NCBI GenBank assembly: GCA_963751345.1
Contig: CAVVUS010000011.1
Location: forward strand, 160,001 to 224,000
Origin: an uncultured Chloroflexia bacterium
GTDB taxonomy: Bacteria; Chloroflexota; Anaerolineae; B4-G1; SLSP01
DNA: 64,000 nucleotides
Reading direction: 5' to 3'
Within the stretch, counting starts at the first letter, position 1; every line of letters begins with the position of its first letter. Of this stretch, positions 60,651 to 64,000 are shown piece after piece. The notes under the pieces were generated by a model. It had not been told where the DNA came from, ran no database searches, and saw nothing but the letters and a program-made list of their open reading frames with translations. A program made the position numbers and the translations under genes.

Positions 60651-60679
60651 TTGACAGCCCATTGCACATCCGTTATGAT
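60651..60679 (+). promoter_or_regulatory. sigma70 promoter for topA
   Basis: TTGACA-17-TATGAT. Confidence 0.65.
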
Positions 60680-60706
60680 TCACCACGGTACGGATGTTAT
60701 GTATAA

Positions 60707-63106
60707 ATGGGAAAGTGTATGACGGAACAATTTAAACTTGTGGCGTATTGCGTAAAGTGCAGGGAGAAACGGGAGATGGTCGATCCAACTCCCGTCTTCA
60801 CTGCTAAGGGGCAGCCGGCAACTCAGGGGCGATGTCCGGAGTGCGGCACCAAGATGTTTCGGATGGGAGAGACGCCGATGCATGCGAGCCTGGAGCGTCC
60901 CCCCAAGCCGGAGCCTCCCAAGCCAACCGGAAAGCTGGTGATCGTGGAGTCGCCCACGAAAGCCCGTACCGTGGGGCGATTCCTGGGTAAGGGCTACACC
61001 GTGAAGGCATCGGTCGGGCACATTCGGGATCTGCTGCGCTCGAAGTTGTCCGTCGATGTCGAACACGATTTCGAGCCGCAGTACCGCGTGCCCAACGAAA
61101 AGCGCGCTGTGGTCAAAGAACTATCCGCGGCGGCCGCGAAGTCGGCGGAAGTCTATCTGGCAACCGACCTGGATCGCGAGGGAGAGGCCATCGCGTGGCA
61201 CCTCTATGACGTGCTGGGGCTCAACAAGGAGCAGACGCGGCGTGTCGTCTTCCACGAGATCACCAAGCCGGCCATTGCGGAGGCCTTTGCGCACCCTAGG
61301 TCCATCAATATGGATCTCGTCGATGCGCAGCAGGCCCGGCGGATCCTCGATCGACTCGTGGGCTATAAGCTGAGCCCGTTGCTGTGGCGCAAGGTGCGCA
61401 GCCGGCTATCGGCCGGACGGGTACAGTCCGTAGCACTGCGCCTGGTCGTCGAACGAGAGCGCGAAATTGAGCGCTTCGTGCCTGAGGAGTATTGGACGCT
61501 CGACGCGGAACTGGCAAAGAAGAAGGCTGCCGGCCGAAAGGCTCCCCCTACGTTTACCGCCCGTCTGGTTCGGATTCGGGGAGACGAGGTGGAGCTCAAG
61601 GCTGAGGGCGAGGTTGCGCCTATCCTCAAGGAGCTTGAGCACGCGATCTACACCGTCTCGAAGGTCAAGGAAGGGACGCGGACAAGGAACCCATCTGCCC
61701 CCTACACGACCAGCACGATGCAGCAGGAGGCTTCGAGCAAGTTGCGCCTCGCCGCCCGCAGGACGATGCAGTTGGCGCAGCAGTTGTATGAAGGTATCGA
61801 CCTCGGTGATGGCAGCACGGAGGGCCTGATCACGTATATGCGGACCGACAGCACCAATGTCTCCGAACTGGCGCAGGCCGAGACGCGGAGCTTCGTCAAG
61901 GAGCAGTACGGCCCCGAGTTTCTGCCGGGCAAGCCGCCGATCTACAAGACGCGGTCGAAGATGGCCCAGGAGGCCCACGAAGCCATCCGTCCCACGAGCA
62001 TTCACCGCACGCCGGACGAGATCAAGCGGTATCTGAGCAAGGATCAACACCGGCTCTACGATTTGATCTGGCGGCGCTTCGTCGCCAGCCAGATGAAGCC
62101 TGCGCTCTATGACACGCTCAGCGTCGAGATCTCCGCGGGGAGCAACGACGAACAGCCCTATCTCTTCCGTGCGTCGGGGTCGACGCTGCGCTTCCCGGGA
62201 TTCCTGGTGGTGTATGAGGAGACCCGATCTGAGGATGAGGAAGAGGAGAAGGCTCAGCAGATTCCGCCGCTCAAGGTAGACGAGTTGCTGGATCTCATCC
62301 GCCTGCTGCCGGAACAGCATTTCACCCAGCCACCCCCGCGTTTCAGCGATGCCACGCTGATTCGGGCCCTGGAGGAGTATGGGATCGGTCGGCCCTCTAC
62401 CTATGCCAGCATTCTGACGACGCTTCGTCAGCGCGGCTACGTCGATCGGCGCAGCCGCCGGCTGGAGCCCACGGAGACGGGCGAGCTGGTTAACGATCTC
62501 CTGGTCGAGAACTTCCCGGACCTGATCAACGTGGATTTCACGGCTGAGATGGAGTCCGAGCTCGATGAGGTCGCCACGGGCGATCGCGACTGGGTCGCAC
62601 TGATGCGCGAGTTCTATGGCCCATTTGAGCGCTCCCTCAAGGACGCCGATGAGGCGATTCCGAAGATCGAGCAGGTCGAGTACGTGGGGCGCAAGTGTCC
62701 GGAGTGCGAGGACGGGCAGTTGATTGTGCGGTGGGGCAGGTATGGGAAGTTCATCGGGTGCTCCAACTTCCCCAAGTGCCGCTACACGGAGCCGTGGCTG
62801 GAGAAGATCGGGGTCAAGTGTCCCGACTGTGAGGATGGCGAGATCGTCCTCCGGCGCACCAAGCGCGGTCGTCCGTTCTACGGCTGCTCGAACTGGCCGA
62901 CGTGCGAGTTCACGTCCTGGAAACGACCGCTCGCTACACCGTGCCCTTCGTGCGGCGGGTTATTGGTGGTGTCGAGGAAGGATCAGGCGACCTGTACCGT
63001 CTGTGACACAGTCTTCCCTCTCGACCAGGTGGAGTCAGAGGAGGACAGAAGAGGCGGAGGCAGTCTCAGCAGGGACGTGATACGATTCCGACGTGCCAGC
63101 ACGTGA
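60707..63106 (+). CDS. topA: DNA topoisomerase I with N-terminal DUF5679-like zinc ribbon and C-terminal zinc ribbons
   Basis: LVIVESP, ATDLDREGE, SAGRVQS, ITYMRTD, AHEAIRP, GIGRPST; N-terminal YCVKC...CPECGTKMFR. Confidence 0.96.
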   Translation: MGKCMTEQFKLVAYCVKCREKREMVDPTPVFTAKGQPATQGRCPECGTKMFRMGETPMHASLERPPKPEPPKPTGKLVIVESPTKARTVGRFLGKGYTVKASVGHIRDLLRSKLSVDVEHDFEPQYRVPNEKRAVVKELSAAAAKSAEVYLATDLDREGEAIAWHLYDVLGLNKEQTRRVVFHEITKPAIAEAFAHPRSINMDLVDAQQARRILDRLVGYKLSPLLWRKVRSRLSAGRVQSVALRLVVEREREIERFVPEEYWTLDAELAKKKAAGRKAPPTFTARLVRIRGDEVELKAEGEVAPILKELEHAIYTVSKVKEGTRTRNPSAPYTTSTMQQEASSKLRLAARRTMQLAQQLYEGIDLGDGSTEGLITYMRTDSTNVSELAQAETRSFVKEQYGPEFLPGKPPIYKTRSKMAQEAHEAIRPTSIHRTPDEIKRYLSKDQHRLYDLIWRRFVASQMKPALYDTLSVEISAGSNDEQPYLFRASGSTLRFPGFLVVYEETRSEDEEEEKAQQIPPLKVDELLDLIRLLPEQHFTQPPPRFSDATLIRALEEYGIGRPSTYASILTTLRQRGYVDRRSRRLEPTETGELVNDLLVENFPDLINVDFTAEMESELDEVATGDRDWVALMREFYGPFERSLKDADEAIPKIEQVEYVGRKCPECEDGQLIVRWGRYGKFIGCSNFPKCRYTEPWLEKIGVKCPDCEDGEIVLRRTKRGRPFYGCSNWPTCEFTSWKRPLATPCPSCGGLLVVSRKDQATCTVCDTVFPLDQVESEEDRRGGGSLSRDVIRFRRAST

Positions 63107-63142
63107 GACCACACGGTCAGCAACGACCGTGTGGTCTTTTTT
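63106..63142 (+). terminator. Rho-independent terminator after topA
   Basis: AGACCACACGGTC-AGCAAC-GACCGTGTGGTCT plus T-tract. Confidence 0.88.
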
Positions 63143-63247
63143 ATGATCCTCACCTTTCTTTCCCTTGCTATCATCTATGGGGCGGCTAGAATGGGAGTAG
63201 CGGGCTTCTAGCGGATCCGGCGGGATTCCTATACGTAGGGAGGACAT

Positions 63248-64000
63248 ATGCGCAAGGGACGGGTAATCGCACTGAGTGTGGTCGGCGTACTGGTGGTTGT
63301 CGCGATATTCGTGGTTGTCCGGCTCGGTCAGGGAGGCTATCTGCCGCGGAGGGTGACACTGACAGCAGCTCCACCTCCCACCGCGATACCGATAGGGCAA
63401 GCGACCGCGACAACTGAGCCGACGGCAGCCCCCGGCGTGTCCGCGACCGGTACCGCAGTGCCGACGCCGACTGCTCAGGCATCCGAGACGCCGTTTCCCA
63501 CCGGCGTGCCGACGGCCACGGCCGGCCCGCCGGATACTCCGGAGCCGACGGCTGCGCCCACTGACGTCGTGCTACCTCCCAATCCGCTTACCGTCCCCGA
63601 CGGGTTTGGCACCTCTGTCTTCGCCGCGGGGCTGTCCGCTCCGCGGATGATGACGGTAGGCCCGGACGGTGAGGTGTACGTTGCCGAGCGAGGTGCGGGA
63701 CGGATCGTCCGGCTGCCCGATAGGGACCGGAATGGTGTCGCCGACGGCGTCGAGGTCGTGGCAGCGGGCCTGTCCGCCCCCAGCAGCCTGGCCTTCTTCC
63801 AGGATGGGTCGCTCTACGTTGGAGAGACGACACGGGTGCTGCGGATTACGCTTGCGGGCGATCCGCCTACGGCCCAAGATGTCTCGGTGGTGGTGGACGG
63901 CCTGCCAACCGGAGGGCACTCGACCCGCACGGTGCTCTTCAGCCCGGATTGGCAGTGGCTTTTCGTGTCGATAGGGTCGTCCTGCAACGTCTGCATCGAG
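63248..64000 (+). CDS. PQQ-dependent sugar/sorbosone dehydrogenase family protein, partial
   Basis: Manual translation, open to the window end: TM, Pro/Thr linker, LTVPDGF..SVFA.GL..PR.M, GGHSTRTV.F, LFVSIGSSCNVCIE; GGAGG RBS. Confidence 0.85.
   Translation, partial: MRKGRVIALSVVGVLVVVAIFVVVRLGQGGYLPRRVTLTAAPPPTAIPIGQATATTEPTAAPGVSATGTAVPTPTAQASETPFPTGVPTATAGPPDTPEPTAAPTDVVLPPNPLTVPDGFGTSVFAAGLSAPRMMTVGPDGEVYVAERGAGRIVRLPDRDRNGVADGVEVVAAGLSAPSSLAFFQDGSLYVGETTRVLRITLAGDPPTAQDVSVVVDGLPTGGHSTRTVLFSPDWQWLFVSIGSSCNVCIE

Noticed and set aside
1-64000. CRISPR array, tRNA, rRNA, transposase, prophage or defence system
   Set aside because: No regularly spaced repeats, RNA gene signatures or such protein motifs were recognised by eye; a covariance-model scan was not possible

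Overview
GC-rich bacterial chromosomal segment. Gene content points by inference to Chloroflexota, probably Anaerolineae: mevalonate decarboxylase, DUF5679-fused TopA, MalT-like LuxR regulators, and GT39/DUF2723 glycosyltransferases with C-terminal beta-sandwich repeats. Over 20 single-base frameshifts, including in rpsP, rimM, def and PBP1A, are best explained as long-read consensus errors; genes were rebuilt across them by hand. Left part (1-21 kb): a cbb3-type oxidase-like cluster (end of one multiheme CcoO paralog, ccoS, a small CcoP-N-like membrane protein, an ABM-fold protein, a complete pentaheme CcoO-fusion cytochrome, DsbD_2/TauE, CcoI Cu-ATPase), VIT1, AI-2E, a MalT-like regulator with its ABC-2 exporter and a truncated MalT copy, a Tat-exported group 1 [NiFe] hydrogenase without membrane anchor or cytochrome b, and zur-znuACB with a Zur-box-like site. 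Right part is mostly housekeeping: mvaD, glgC, mrp, def, mreBCD-mrdA, ABC transporters, P2A ATPase, PBP1A, ffh-rpsP-khpA-rimM, dprA-manC-topA. Most notable: (i) the rearranged, duplicated cbb3-like electron-input module; (ii) a hydrogenase large subunit with an N-terminal 'IYIPLV' plus Pro-rich leader that may replace the membrane anchor; (iii) a GTAG-type REP doublet with covarying stems inserted in-frame in two unrelated genes; (iv) an in-frame amber codon in ccoS. No rRNA, tRNA, CRISPR array or transposase was recognised.
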